From: Patescibacteria group bacterium
GTDB taxonomy: Bacteria; Patescibacteriota; WWE3; UBA101185; UBA10185
Direction of reading: 5' to 3'
DNA length: 64,000 bases
NCBI GenBank assembly: GCA_018825365.1
Contig: JAHJEV010000003.1
Coordinates: 317,387-381,386 of the forward strand
Shown here in pieces: positions 51,010 through 59,960 of the stretch. Numbering within the stretch: position 1 is the first letter of the stretch; each line of letters starts with the position of its first letter. A model generated the notes under the pieces. That model was given only the letters and a program-made list of their open reading frames with translations. It did no database searches and had not been told where the DNA came from. The position numbers were made by a program, and so were the translations under genes.

Positions 51010-52155
51010 ATGAATCTAACAAGAGTGTCTGCCATGCTTAAAAAAGCTTCCAAGTGGGTCTTCCTTGTTATTGGGGCCTACTATATAGCAATATTGTTAA
51101 TTATCCCGGGAGGACAATCTGCAATTAGAGCCCTTTTTACAAAAAAGGAGCCCCCCGTTATAACATATGGTCTTTTAGACCAACTGGAATTTGTAGAAAA
51201 AAGAATCGGCAAAACTGCTCCCGAATATGTGCTTAATACAAAAAACGGAAAGCTCCCAACAAATCTCCCTATGCAGCTTCCGGTTTATAAATTCAAACCT
51301 ATTCAATATTCGTACCTCGCCGGAAAAAACGCCATTAGTGACGCCGCACGGTTGGGTTTTGGGGATAAAGACCTTTCTTCAGATCTAAAAGGGAAAACGT
51401 ACGTTTGGAGAAACTCTCTCACAAAAAGTACACTTAGTATTGATCTTGAGACAAGAAAACTAACCCTCATAACAGATTTTTCCGGATCGGGAAATAGCTA
51501 CGCTCCTGGAAATATAAGCATTCAAAAGGCCCCCATACTTGCATCTCAAATTCTTTTGGCTATTTACAGATTTGATGACTCGTACGCAAAAGGAACTCAA
51601 AATATAATTTTGGGAAGTTTCCAGGGCAACAAAATTTATGAGACAACTGACGTCAGAGAGGCGCAGCTTGCAAGAATTGACTATTACAGAACCATTGATA
51701 ATTATCCGATATTCGGACCTGATCCATCGGAGGGTTTACTAAGAGTTTCGGTGGGAAACACCCCTCAGGGCGTCTCACCTTTAAATAATCCAATGATGGG
51801 CGTTAATTACTGGGAAATCATTCCTCAAACTGACTCAAAATACCCAATAATTCCGGTTTCTGAAGCCTGGGCTGCTGTGAAAAGCGGAAAGGGAATCATA
51901 TCAAGAGTATTTCAAAGAGGTTTAAATCCATTTGAAAGCTACGTTCCACTAGAGGTGGAAAAAATATTGATCGATAATATCTACCTTGGTTACTACGAGA
52001 CCCCAAAATATCAAACTTACCTTCAACCGATATATATTTTTAGCGGGACTTACACAACAAGAGGGTCTCCCGGAGGGGACATCACCATTTACTTCCCGGC
52101 TGTAAGCGGACAGTACACAAAACAAAACGCTACGAATACAACTCCATCTAAATAG
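51010..52155 (+). CDS. Hypothetical membrane-anchored extracellular protein (start placed at ATG 51010)
   Basis: Long ORF, N-terminal TM, C-terminal LGYY...YLQPIY.F.G pattern; TGcTAGAAT 7 nt before ATG. Confidence 0.75.
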   Translation: MNLTRVSAMLKKASKWVFLVIGAYYIAILLIIPGGQSAIRALFTKKEPPVITYGLLDQLEFVEKRIGKTAPEYVLNTKNGKLPTNLPMQLPVYKFKPIQYSYLAGKNAISDAARLGFGDKDLSSDLKGKTYVWRNSLTKSTLSIDLETRKLTLITDFSGSGNSYAPGNISIQKAPILASQILLAIYRFDDSYAKGTQNIILGSFQGNKIYETTDVREAQLARIDYYRTIDNYPIFGPDPSEGLLRVSVGNTPQGVSPLNNPMMGVNYWEIIPQTDSKYPIIPVSEAWAAVKSGKGIISRVFQRGLNPFESYVPLEVEKILIDNIYLGYYETPKYQTYLQPIYIFSGTYTTRGSPGGDITIYFPAVSGQYTKQNATNTTPSK

Positions 52156-52264
52156 AAATGTCTTAAAACTACTAAATCTCTACCCATTTTACTTTTCAAT
52201 CGTCTATGCACACAGGTGACGGGATATTTCAGCTAAGTCGGATAGGGGTATAAGAAAAAGGATA

Positions 52265-52374
52265 TTGTCCTCATGAGTACAGTTTAACATTTCATATTAA
52301 GCCATTTATCCCCGCATTACACTCGTTCCCCCTGTCCACGTCATTCACTTATACAAGGTTTCCTGTAAAGAAAC
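52265..52374 (-). mobile_element. Solitary remnant of the IS200-type left end
   Basis: Clearly similar to 44495-44604, including tnpA start ATGAG(A/G)ACAA, the -10 box and the hairpin with GGTTTCCTGTA. Confidence 0.7.
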
Positions 52375-52380
52375 GAAAAT

Positions 52381-52416
52381 TCCCGAACCGTTTTGCCACA
52401 TGCTAACGGTTCGGGA
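52381..52416 (-). terminator. Terminator hairpin after the 71-aa ORF
   Basis: TCCCGAACCGTT / AACGGTTCGGGA perfect 12-bp stem, T-rich tail on minus strand. Confidence 0.75.
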
Positions 52417-52439
52417 CTTGTACCCTAGGGTCAAAGTAC

Positions 52440-52655
52440 CTATGCGATGCGTTCTACCCCCAGTGATAGCCAGTGGTTGCGGTCAAAGTTTGCCTTACTG
52501 GCAGTAAATCTCTTGTCCGTAAGGGTGTCCAAAAAAGCTTGGACCTCAGCAACGAGAGCATCATCTACACCGGGCCAATTGACCGGCCATGTTTTGAATT
52601 CCCCAACTTCCATGTTCCGAATTTCCTTTCTTAACCAAGCGTGACGTTTAGACAT
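52440..52655 (-). CDS. Small hypothetical protein (71 aa)
   Basis: AAAGGAG SD upstream and own terminator; no recognised motif. Confidence 0.65.
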   Translation of the reverse strand: MSKRHAWLRKEIRNMEVGEFKTWPVNWPGVDDALVAEVQAFLDTLTDKRFTASKANFDRNHWLSLGVERIA

Positions 52656-52996
52656 TTCGACTCCTTTACAATATGAAAATGGGTTTAAGATACTTCAATG
52701 CGAGGAGTGTAGCACAAAAGCATAATCTCAGCAACCTGCGTTAGATCATATTGTTTGTCATCCAAAATACACCCGTTCGATCATAATTAAATGTCATCGA
52801 AAAAGGATTAATTTTCATTAGAATATTACCTCCGTAGCTAATTTGTTTTGCCCAACTGGAGGTTGTTTCTAATGTTAAGTGGGTTCAACATGCGAGTTAC
52901 TCAATTTTACGAGCAATGGCATAAAGTTGCCTCGATGGCAGACCCGTTAGACCTAAAAGGAGGGTTAGTACCAGATAGATGTACCCAACCAGATAA

Positions 52997-54073
52997 TCAT
53001 TTCCAAGCGTAGCTTGCTAAAACCCAATCCAAAACATTTTTTGTATCTGCAAATCTATCCAAGCTTCCCATTACAACTATAACTATATCTCTCAGACCAT
53101 CGTTGTATTCATATATCAAAACCTCACCCGCCCCTTGTGTTGTACCAGTCTTTATTCCTACAGTATGAGGTATTTCCCATAAAAATTTGTTTGTATTGTA
53201 GATAATTCCGGAATACTTCTTTTTACTTGCATTTAAAATAAACATGGGGGTTTTAACATCCTCTTTAATACGGGGCACATTGGTTGCAAAAACAGCAAGC
53301 TTGTATAAATCAGATGCCGTAGAATAGTTGCCCCCATTTTCGTCATCAAGACCAACTGGATTAGAAACTCTGGTGGAGGTCATTCCAATAGAAATGGCTT
53401 TCTTATTCATCAAACCAACAAAAGCCCCATTTGTAACTCTTTTTGACGCCAAAACACACGCTGCGTCCCCCAGCGATCCGATCAGCATGCTGTCAACTAA
53501 ATCCCCTGCCGTAAACACAGAATCTTTCGGAAAACCAGCTTTTGTTCCTTCAACTTCCGTACACTCCTCTAACACTTTTAATTCTTCACCGGGGCTGTAC
53601 AAATCCAAAGCGACTAAAGCTGTTAAAAGTTTGACTGTAGAAGCAGGAGCCAACTTATCCTTAGAACTTTTTTCAAATAACACCCTTCCCTCTTTCTTTT
53701 CCACAACCAAAACAGACTTAGCCAATATCTCCGGCATCGGAAAATACCTAATTCTCGCCGGATAAAAAACACCAAGCTGAGTTTGAATTGTTTTATCAGA
53801 CAAAATATATTCAAACAAAGTACTAAGATATCCGGAGTACAGAAAATATCCTAAGGCAATTAGTCCCCCTGTAGCGATTACGACTGTCATAAATCTCTCC
53901 GTAAAGTAAACTGCCTGTCTGAATGTAAAACTAGTGCTTCTGTCTATAAACCAGAGAATTTGTATAGCAATACCTATAATTAGCAACCCTATTTTTCTAA
54001 CGAAATCTTCAATTCTTCTAGGAATAACTGTCGGCATCTTAAATTGCAAAGCTTCCAAATATGGGTTTTTCAA
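52997..54073 (-). CDS. Peptidase S11 D-Ala-D-Ala carboxypeptidase-like protein with N-terminal TMs
   Basis: PASTVK (SxxK), NP.GLD, STA.DL, GIKTGTT..AG; SxN replaced by SLG. Confidence 0.85.
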   Translation of the reverse strand: MKNPYLEALQFKMPTVIPRRIEDFVRKIGLLIIGIAIQILWFIDRSTSFTFRQAVYFTERFMTVVIATGGLIALGYFLYSGYLSTLFEYILSDKTIQTQLGVFYPARIRYFPMPEILAKSVLVVEKKEGRVLFEKSSKDKLAPASTVKLLTALVALDLYSPGEELKVLEECTEVEGTKAGFPKDSVFTAGDLVDSMLIGSLGDAACVLASKRVTNGAFVGLMNKKAISIGMTSTRVSNPVGLDDENGGNYSTASDLYKLAVFATNVPRIKEDVKTPMFILNASKKKYSGIIYNTNKFLWEIPHTVGIKTGTTQGAGEVLIYEYNDGLRDIVIVVMGSLDRFADTKNVLDWVLASYAWK

Positions 54074-54500
54074 TTTCGATCAGATCTCTTGCTTTCATTA
54101 CAATAGATATTGTAGTTTTTCCGGCATTAAAGACAACATTGCCATCTCTTTTTAGACCCTCATCGAAATAAGTTGTAAGACCCAAAAGGCTTCCAAAGGG
54201 CATGACCGCGCCTCTTTCAAGATTCACCTTTTCAGGAAGTTTTTCCTTATCAACCATTCTCAAATTTTTTATTTTATACATCTTCATAAATTTTCTCGAA
54301 TCCACTCTTTTATCCGCTGGGACAACTATTAAGATAAGTTTGGCATCCGCATCAAAAACAAGGGATTTGGCCCCCAGTGAAATATCGGTCCCTCTTACTC
54401 TTGAGGCATCTTCCGAGGAAAAAACCGGCTTGTGCTCATACTTTTCATAGGAAATCTTGTTCCTGTCCAAAAGTCCAAAAACTTTCTGAGTCAGATCCAT
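54039..54500 (-). CDS. YbaK/ProX-family aminoacyl-tRNA editing protein
   Basis: H..V.S..DA, AKSLV, GAVMPFG, FNAG; start likely MDLTQ. Confidence 0.88.
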   Translation of the reverse strand: MDLTQKVFGLLDRNKISYEKYEHKPVFSSEDASRVRGTDISLGAKSLVFDADAKLILIVVPADKRVDSRKFMKMYKIKNLRMVDKEKLPEKVNLERGAVMPFGSLLGLTTYFDEGLKRDGNVVFNAGKTTISIVMKARDLIEIEKPIFGSFAI

Positions 54501-54508
54501 AAAAAACC

Positions 54509-55801
54509 TCACGGTCTTAATCTTTTAACATCTCTTGGCAAATACGTGGCCTCCTTCACGCTTGGAAGATCTAATATTTTCATAATCAACCTTCCCGGAC
54601 CTATTCCTACCCCACCGTGCGGAGGACAGCCATATTTGAAAAAGTTTAGATAATCTTCCAAAACATTCGGGTCCATACCTTTTTCCAAAGTCTGCTTTTT
54701 AAGTATTTCGTATCGATGCTCTCTTTGGGCACCTGTTGTAACCTCAACTCCCTTATATAACAGGTCAAAGCTCTTGGTTAATAGTGGATTGTCTTCATGC
54801 CTCATGTGATAAAAGGGCCTGGATTCGATTGGCCAGTCAGTTACAAACACAAAGTCATGACCTGTTTCTTTTTTAACTATTTCGCTTAAAGCAATCTCCT
54901 CCTCGCCGGTAAGATCTCCCTTTTTACCACTTTTGGCTCCTATCTTCTCAAGCTTCTTTTTTGCCTCTTCCATTGTCATTTTTGGAAATGGAATTGAGGG
55001 AATTTCAATAGCAAGCCCAAGCTTTTCTTTTAATTGAGTAAAACCAGCAACCAAAAGCCTTTCCTCCTCAGCCATTACGTCCTCATGAGAATTGATATAT
55101 GAGATTTCAAAGTCCCAACCGGTAAATTCGGTCATATGACGGGATGTAAATGAAGGTTCGGCTCTAAATACCGGTCCCATAACAAAAACCTTCTCAAATC
55201 CAGAGGCCATTGCCATTTGTTTGTAAAACTGAGGAGATTGAGCAAGGTAAGCCTTTGTCTCGAAGTACCTCACTTCGAATACATCAGCTCCGGTCTCACT
55301 TGCGGTACCCATAAAAGACGGTGTATATATTTGCAAATATCCTGCGTCCTCAAAATATTTCCTGAAACCTCTTTCAAGCTCTGTCCAAACCTTAAAGATT
55401 TTAAGATTTTTTTCTTTTCTAAGGTCAACGTACCTCCAATCAAGCCTTTTTGTTACATCAGTTTCCTCACCGCCCTTTTCCTCAACAACAGGGATTGGGA
55501 GCTCCGGCTCTGCTTTGCTTAATATAGTTATTTTGCCGGCTTTCAACTCAAATCCCCCAGGTGCTTGTTTTTCTTCCTTTACATTTCCCTCAATCTCAAT
55601 GACAGATTCCAAAGAAAGCTTTCCGGCCTCTTCAAAAACATCGGGATCCCCCTTTGAAGTTACTGTTTGGATCGTTCCAGTTACGTCTCTTAGAATCAAA
55701 AACATTATTCCTCCCTGTTTTCTTATTGTCTGGACAAAACCACAGACCTTAACTGGCTTTCCTACATGCTTTTGCAAATCTCTAATATATATTCTTTCCA
55801 T
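54509..55801 (-). CDS. aspS: Archaeal-type (short, probably non-discriminating) aspartyl-tRNA synthetase
   Basis: 430 aa; LAQSPQFYKQ, FRAEPS.T.RH, RPFY, GAQREH, PPHGG.GIG, PRD. Confidence 0.93.
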   Translation of the reverse strand: MERIYIRDLQKHVGKPVKVCGFVQTIRKQGGIMFLILRDVTGTIQTVTSKGDPDVFEEAGKLSLESVIEIEGNVKEEKQAPGGFELKAGKITILSKAEPELPIPVVEEKGGEETDVTKRLDWRYVDLRKEKNLKIFKVWTELERGFRKYFEDAGYLQIYTPSFMGTASETGADVFEVRYFETKAYLAQSPQFYKQMAMASGFEKVFVMGPVFRAEPSFTSRHMTEFTGWDFEISYINSHEDVMAEEERLLVAGFTQLKEKLGLAIEIPSIPFPKMTMEEAKKKLEKIGAKSGKKGDLTGEEEIALSEIVKKETGHDFVFVTDWPIESRPFYHMRHEDNPLLTKSFDLLYKGVEVTTGAQREHRYEILKKQTLEKGMDPNVLEDYLNFFKYGCPPHGGVGIGPGRLIMKILDLPSVKEATYLPRDVKRLRP

Positions 55802-55803
55802 AT

Positions 55804-57441
55804 TTAAACCTTTCTGAAATCCCTTACTACCAAATCTACGTATTTATTACCATTGTACTCATTTTTCTTCAATGTATAAACCAAATCTATTTTTTCTCCC
55901 ACTTTTAGATCATTTTCGTGCTCAGCGCCGCCAAAGTAAATGGCTTTGTGGTATTTATTTCCATCGTACAAACTTAGCTTCAAATGACGTTTGTCTTTCC
56001 CTGTAATATCGGAATTTACAATTCCAAAAGCTTCGGAAACAAACAGAGGCTGCTCATTTCCGATACCAAATGGTTCCATCCTTTCAATCTCGTTTAGAAG
56101 TTTTTCGTTTATAATGTCTGTCGGTATTTTCATATCAACGTTTAAAGTTGGTGTGAGAAACCTTTCTTCAATTTTACTTTCAGCATATTTGAGAAACTTC
56201 TTTTCAAACTGTGGAATTTCTTTCTTATCAATTGTAAAACCGGCAGCCATTGGGTGACCCCCAAGATCAATAAACATATCAGAAAATTCCCTCAACATCT
56301 CAATAACATTTACTCCTGCAATGGACCTTACTGATCCCTTTGCGTAATCATCCATTACGCACATGACAATTGCGGGTCTGTAGTAAGTTTGAACAAGTTT
56401 AGCCGCCACAAGCCCTATTATTCCTTCATGATATTTTTTATCGGAAGAAAAAATCACTTTTGGAAGTTTTTTCTTCCCCTTTTTGTCAAAATCAGCGGCA
56501 ACTTCATACATTTCCAATGTTTTTTCCTGTCTTTGAATATTTTTAGAATTTAAACTTTTCGCAAGTTCAGATAGCAACTTTTTGTCGTCCTCAACAAGAA
56601 TTCTGATTGAATCTTTTGCTGTTTCCATTCTTCCGGAAGCATTTAATCTTGGGCCTAAAACCCAACCAAGCTCATACGATGTTATTTCCGAAACTTCCTT
56701 TCCAGATACTTCAAGAAGTTTTTTCAAACCAAGCGGCGGTGTTGAGTTTAAAACCATAAGCCCCTTTTTGACCACTTCCCTATTAAAACCTGTTAATTTC
56801 TGAAGATCGGTAACTGTAGCCAAGGCTGCCATAGAGATGCTGTTTTTGTCTTTAGATCCTAAAAATCTAGTCAGGAGCCAGGAAATCACTGCGCCGCATA
56901 CGCTATCATTCCAAACAATACAATCTGCATTAGGTAATTCTTCAGGTTTTTGGTGATGATCCGTCAAAACAACAAAATTTCCGAGTTTTTTAATATACGC
57001 AACCTCATCAAACGCTGTTATACCAACATCAACCGTAATAAATAAAACGGGCGCTTTACTGCCAACTTCCTTTAATACATCGTCTATCGCAGGCTTGGAA
57101 ATGCCGTAGCTATGATCAAATCTGTTGGGTATAAAGTATGAAACTTTGTCGTATCCTTTTTCTTTTTTTAAGAAGTTATATAAAATAGCGGTGGCGTTTA
57201 TCCCATCTGAATCGTAATCTCCAAAAACTACAATCGTTCTTCCTAAGCTCATTGACTCTTTAATGTAATCAGACGCCTTTCTAAGTGTTTTTTTAAAATC
57301 CGCCGGCATCTGCTCGACACATTCTTTTAATGAGCGGTCTTTTAAGAAATCTTCTTTATCAGCTATTCCTCTTTGTTTAAGAATTTCTGATACGACGTCA
57401 CTTCCCTCTTTGTGTTTACCTAAAATATTCCACTTGACCAT
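55804..57441 (-). CDS. recJ: Single-stranded-DNA exonuclease RecJ
   Basis: GDYDSDG, ITVD.G, TDHH, PRLNA.GR, GGH.MAAG, EPFG.GN. Confidence 0.96.
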   Translation of the reverse strand: MVKWNILGKHKEGSDVVSEILKQRGIADKEDFLKDRSLKECVEQMPADFKKTLRKASDYIKESMSLGRTIVVFGDYDSDGINATAILYNFLKKEKGYDKVSYFIPNRFDHSYGISKPAIDDVLKEVGSKAPVLFITVDVGITAFDEVAYIKKLGNFVVLTDHHQKPEELPNADCIVWNDSVCGAVISWLLTRFLGSKDKNSISMAALATVTDLQKLTGFNREVVKKGLMVLNSTPPLGLKKLLEVSGKEVSEITSYELGWVLGPRLNASGRMETAKDSIRILVEDDKKLLSELAKSLNSKNIQRQEKTLEMYEVAADFDKKGKKKLPKVIFSSDKKYHEGIIGLVAAKLVQTYYRPAIVMCVMDDYAKGSVRSIAGVNVIEMLREFSDMFIDLGGHPMAAGFTIDKKEIPQFEKKFLKYAESKIEERFLTPTLNVDMKIPTDIINEKLLNEIERMEPFGIGNEQPLFVSEAFGIVNSDITGKDKRHLKLSLYDGNKYHKAIYFGGAEHENDLKVGEKIDLVYTLKKNEYNGNKYVDLVVRDFRKV

Positions 57442-57469
57442 AAAAAGATATTACCAGAAGTCTAGATCT

Positions 57470-58024
57470 TTATTTGAAAATCCTTTCGGATAGTTTGCAT
57501 ATAAAGGAGGGAGCAAAAGCAGATACGAAGGAACAAACAAGGACGGAAATAAAAAGCATTCCAATAAAAGATCCGATTTCCCTGTTGGCCAAAAAAAGAA
57601 TCGCCAAAAGAAACAAAAGGTAATAAATTATTACATCAAATACTTTTCTAAAATTTCGCCTAACGCTTCCGCCAACGGATTCGCTGAAACTCATTGACTT
57701 TTTTGCCCTAGAGATTTCCCTTCTGATATTTACCACCAACGATAGATTCAAATTTATGGATAATATTAGTGTAAATAGTAAGTATAAATTCAGATTTTCA
57801 TAAGAATATTTCGTAAATAAAACATAACCAAAAAATGCAACTATCGAAAGGACGATACTTAAACATAAACTGATAATGAACAAAGCTACAATTCTTTTTC
57901 TATTGATCTTTTGCACACTTTTCAAAACTGGGGAAGAAAATATCGCTACAAATCCAACTACTACTCCAAAGAAAATAATAAATTCCTTACATGTTTCTAG
58001 CGTGTTAATAAATCCCGATATCAT
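57470..58024 (-). CDS. Degenerate SecF-like membrane protein
   Basis: About 5 TMs, ILSIN.....IRRE pattern, overlaps the secD-like gene; upstream of recJ as in secDF-recJ loci. Confidence 0.5.
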   Translation of the reverse strand: MISGFINTLETCKEFIIFFGVVVGFVAIFSSPVLKSVQKINRKRIVALFIISLCLSIVLSIVAFFGYVLFTKYSYENLNLYLLFTLILSINLNLSLVVNIRREISRAKKSMSFSESVGGSVRRNFRKVFDVIIYYLLFLLAILFLANREIGSFIGMLFISVLVCSFVSAFAPSFICKLSERIFK

Positions 58025-59361
58025 TTCTTTTTTCCTCCGGAAGTTTCAAGCAAAGTCTTAAACACAAAATATAAATATGGCAGACACAAACATCCAATCA
58101 CAATACTATAAATAAAACTCACAAGCTCTCCCTTTGCCGATCTTAAAACTAAAAGCATTGTGAAAAACAATAGTATAATCACATACTTAAAAATATCCCC
58201 CTGCTCCCCAAAAACCTTTTCTATCACGTATCCAAATGGCTTATCTTTAGACTCCTCTAACTTTATCTTATACAAAATTTCATATCCCTTCTCAACAAAA
58301 AGAAGGAGAGCCGTAAGCGTCCCTGCCACTAAAGCGAAGTTTACTGAAACAGAAAAAACCTTTACCAAGGCCAAAAAAAGGCAGATTGAGAGAAAAACTG
58401 ACATTGATAATAAAATACCCTCCTTTTTAAATCTAATCAGAGATAAAATAAGGGTTGCGGAGAAACCTACTAGTAAAGCTAACCCAAATTTCTCTATGAA
58501 GTTACTCCCAAACTTAGGAGCAACATCAAAGGCTTCTGGTGAAAACAGCTTCACCGGAAGGGGACCGTTTTTATATTGGATCAAAAAAGATTGCAAAAAA
58601 CCCTGGGGAAAGTACCCCGTCAGAGTCGGGTCGACTAAAGCATCGGCGGCAAGACTTTCATCTATAACCGGAATCAATACTGGGAAATCTTGATCATTAA
58701 TAAAAAAGGCAACTGGTTTATTTACATTTTCCTTTGCTACTTTGTTAAACTTGGCTTTTCCTTCTGGCTTAAAAATTATTTGCAGCTGATCCTGTCCGGT
58801 AGACCCCTTGCTTATTGCTAAATCCGAAACATCACTTCTTGAAATATCGGTTGGCAGCCAAGAATCCGGGGACGCAACTAACCTTGCTGCTTCTTCGGGA
58901 CCCCACTCCGCGGGATTTTTTAGAGTCTTAAAAGTAAGATTACCAGTTCCATTAAGAAGAACAGCGAGATAATTTATATCAACATACTTGGGAACCTCAA
59001 CAACTAATTGATATTTCCCATCTGTCTTTGAAATATAGACCTGATACTCCTTATACCCACCTGATTTCATTCTTTTCTCGGTAATTTCTTTTACCAGTTG
59101 TGAGTTTGTCTCTACGTTTTCTGTTCCTGCATCCCCAATGGTAAAAACCACTCTTTCCATTCCACCAACATCCATCCCCTTTTTGAAATCACTTAAATCA
59201 ATAACTTTTCCAAATATTTTTGGGGAGTATCCCCCTACATAGGAATCTACTTTCAGTAATTTATTGCTTACATAAATTTCGATTCTTGGAAGAATAACAA
59301 GAACAGAAGCTGAGAAAATTAAGGAGATAAGAACTAATCTAAAATTTTCGTTTTTAAGCAT
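58021..59361 (-). CDS. Degenerate SecD-like protein
   Basis: TM1, KGMD.GG, periplasmic F..EG..KF...A..N..K..A, GPLPV.L, then about 5 TMs. Confidence 0.75.
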   Translation of the reverse strand: MLKNENFRLVLISLIFSASVLVILPRIEIYVSNKLLKVDSYVGGYSPKIFGKVIDLSDFKKGMDVGGMERVVFTIGDAGTENVETNSQLVKEITEKRMKSGGYKEYQVYISKTDGKYQLVVEVPKYVDINYLAVLLNGTGNLTFKTLKNPAEWGPEEAARLVASPDSWLPTDISRSDVSDLAISKGSTGQDQLQIIFKPEGKAKFNKVAKENVNKPVAFFINDQDFPVLIPVIDESLAADALVDPTLTGYFPQGFLQSFLIQYKNGPLPVKLFSPEAFDVAPKFGSNFIEKFGLALLVGFSATLILSLIRFKKEGILLSMSVFLSICLFLALVKVFSVSVNFALVAGTLTALLLFVEKGYEILYKIKLEESKDKPFGYVIEKVFGEQGDIFKYVIILLFFTMLLVLRSAKGELVSFIYSIVIGCLCLPYLYFVFKTLLETSGGKKK

Positions 59362-59942
59362 TAGACAGTTTCACAAAATTTAGAATCGTCTCCGACAAGC
59401 ATTGTTCTGCTTTGAGTAAGTATTCTGTAGATAAAAGAATCATTTGTTCTTTTTCTATTTAAAAATTCTTCTATGCCCATCACTGAGTAGTTAATCTCTC
59501 TTCCCATCTTCTCCTCCTCTTCCTTGATTATGAAACTCAAGATGTCCAAATTTACCGAACCTACAATAAAAAGATCAACATCAAGAGCTGAGGATTTCCT
59601 TCCCCTTAAAAACTCAAGAGAAAGCATGGCGTAAGAAATATCTCCTATTTGTGGGGCCTTTTTCATTATGGCGGCACCAACGCCGTCTTCCTTAGCCACC
59701 AGTGACAAAAGTTCGGTATAAAAAGGGTGTTCGGTGTTTATCTGGTAGAAGATTTTATTTGAGCTTTGTCTTCTCGTTACGAGAGACACCTCGAAAAGAT
59801 TTTCCAGCTCGCGCCTCACGGCGTTTATCTCGGCATCAACATTTCTAACTATAGCTCTAATGTGAAAACTTCTTTTTGGATTCAAAAGAAGCAATTTTAA
59901 TATTTTAACCCTTACTTCAGATACAAGTATTTTATTTAACAT
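59361..59942 (-). CDS. Winged-helix plus nucleotidyltransferase-like-fold protein (putative regulator)
   Basis: S.VR.K.L, NAVRREL.NL, DVDLFIVG, REINYSV....EF..R. Confidence 0.7.
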   Translation of the reverse strand: MLNKILVSEVRVKILKLLLLNPKRSFHIRAIVRNVDAEINAVRRELENLFEVSLVTRRQSSNKIFYQINTEHPFYTELLSLVAKEDGVGAAIMKKAPQIGDISYAMLSLEFLRGRKSSALDVDLFIVGSVNLDILSFIIKEEEEKMGREINYSVMGIEEFLNRKRTNDSFIYRILTQSRTMLVGDDSKFCETV

Positions 59943-59960
59943 ATATTTTTCGGGGGCAGA

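Noticed and set aside
52440-52655. Second DGR target
   Set aside because: No nucleotide or protein similarity to TR/VR; no other VR was found by eye in this window
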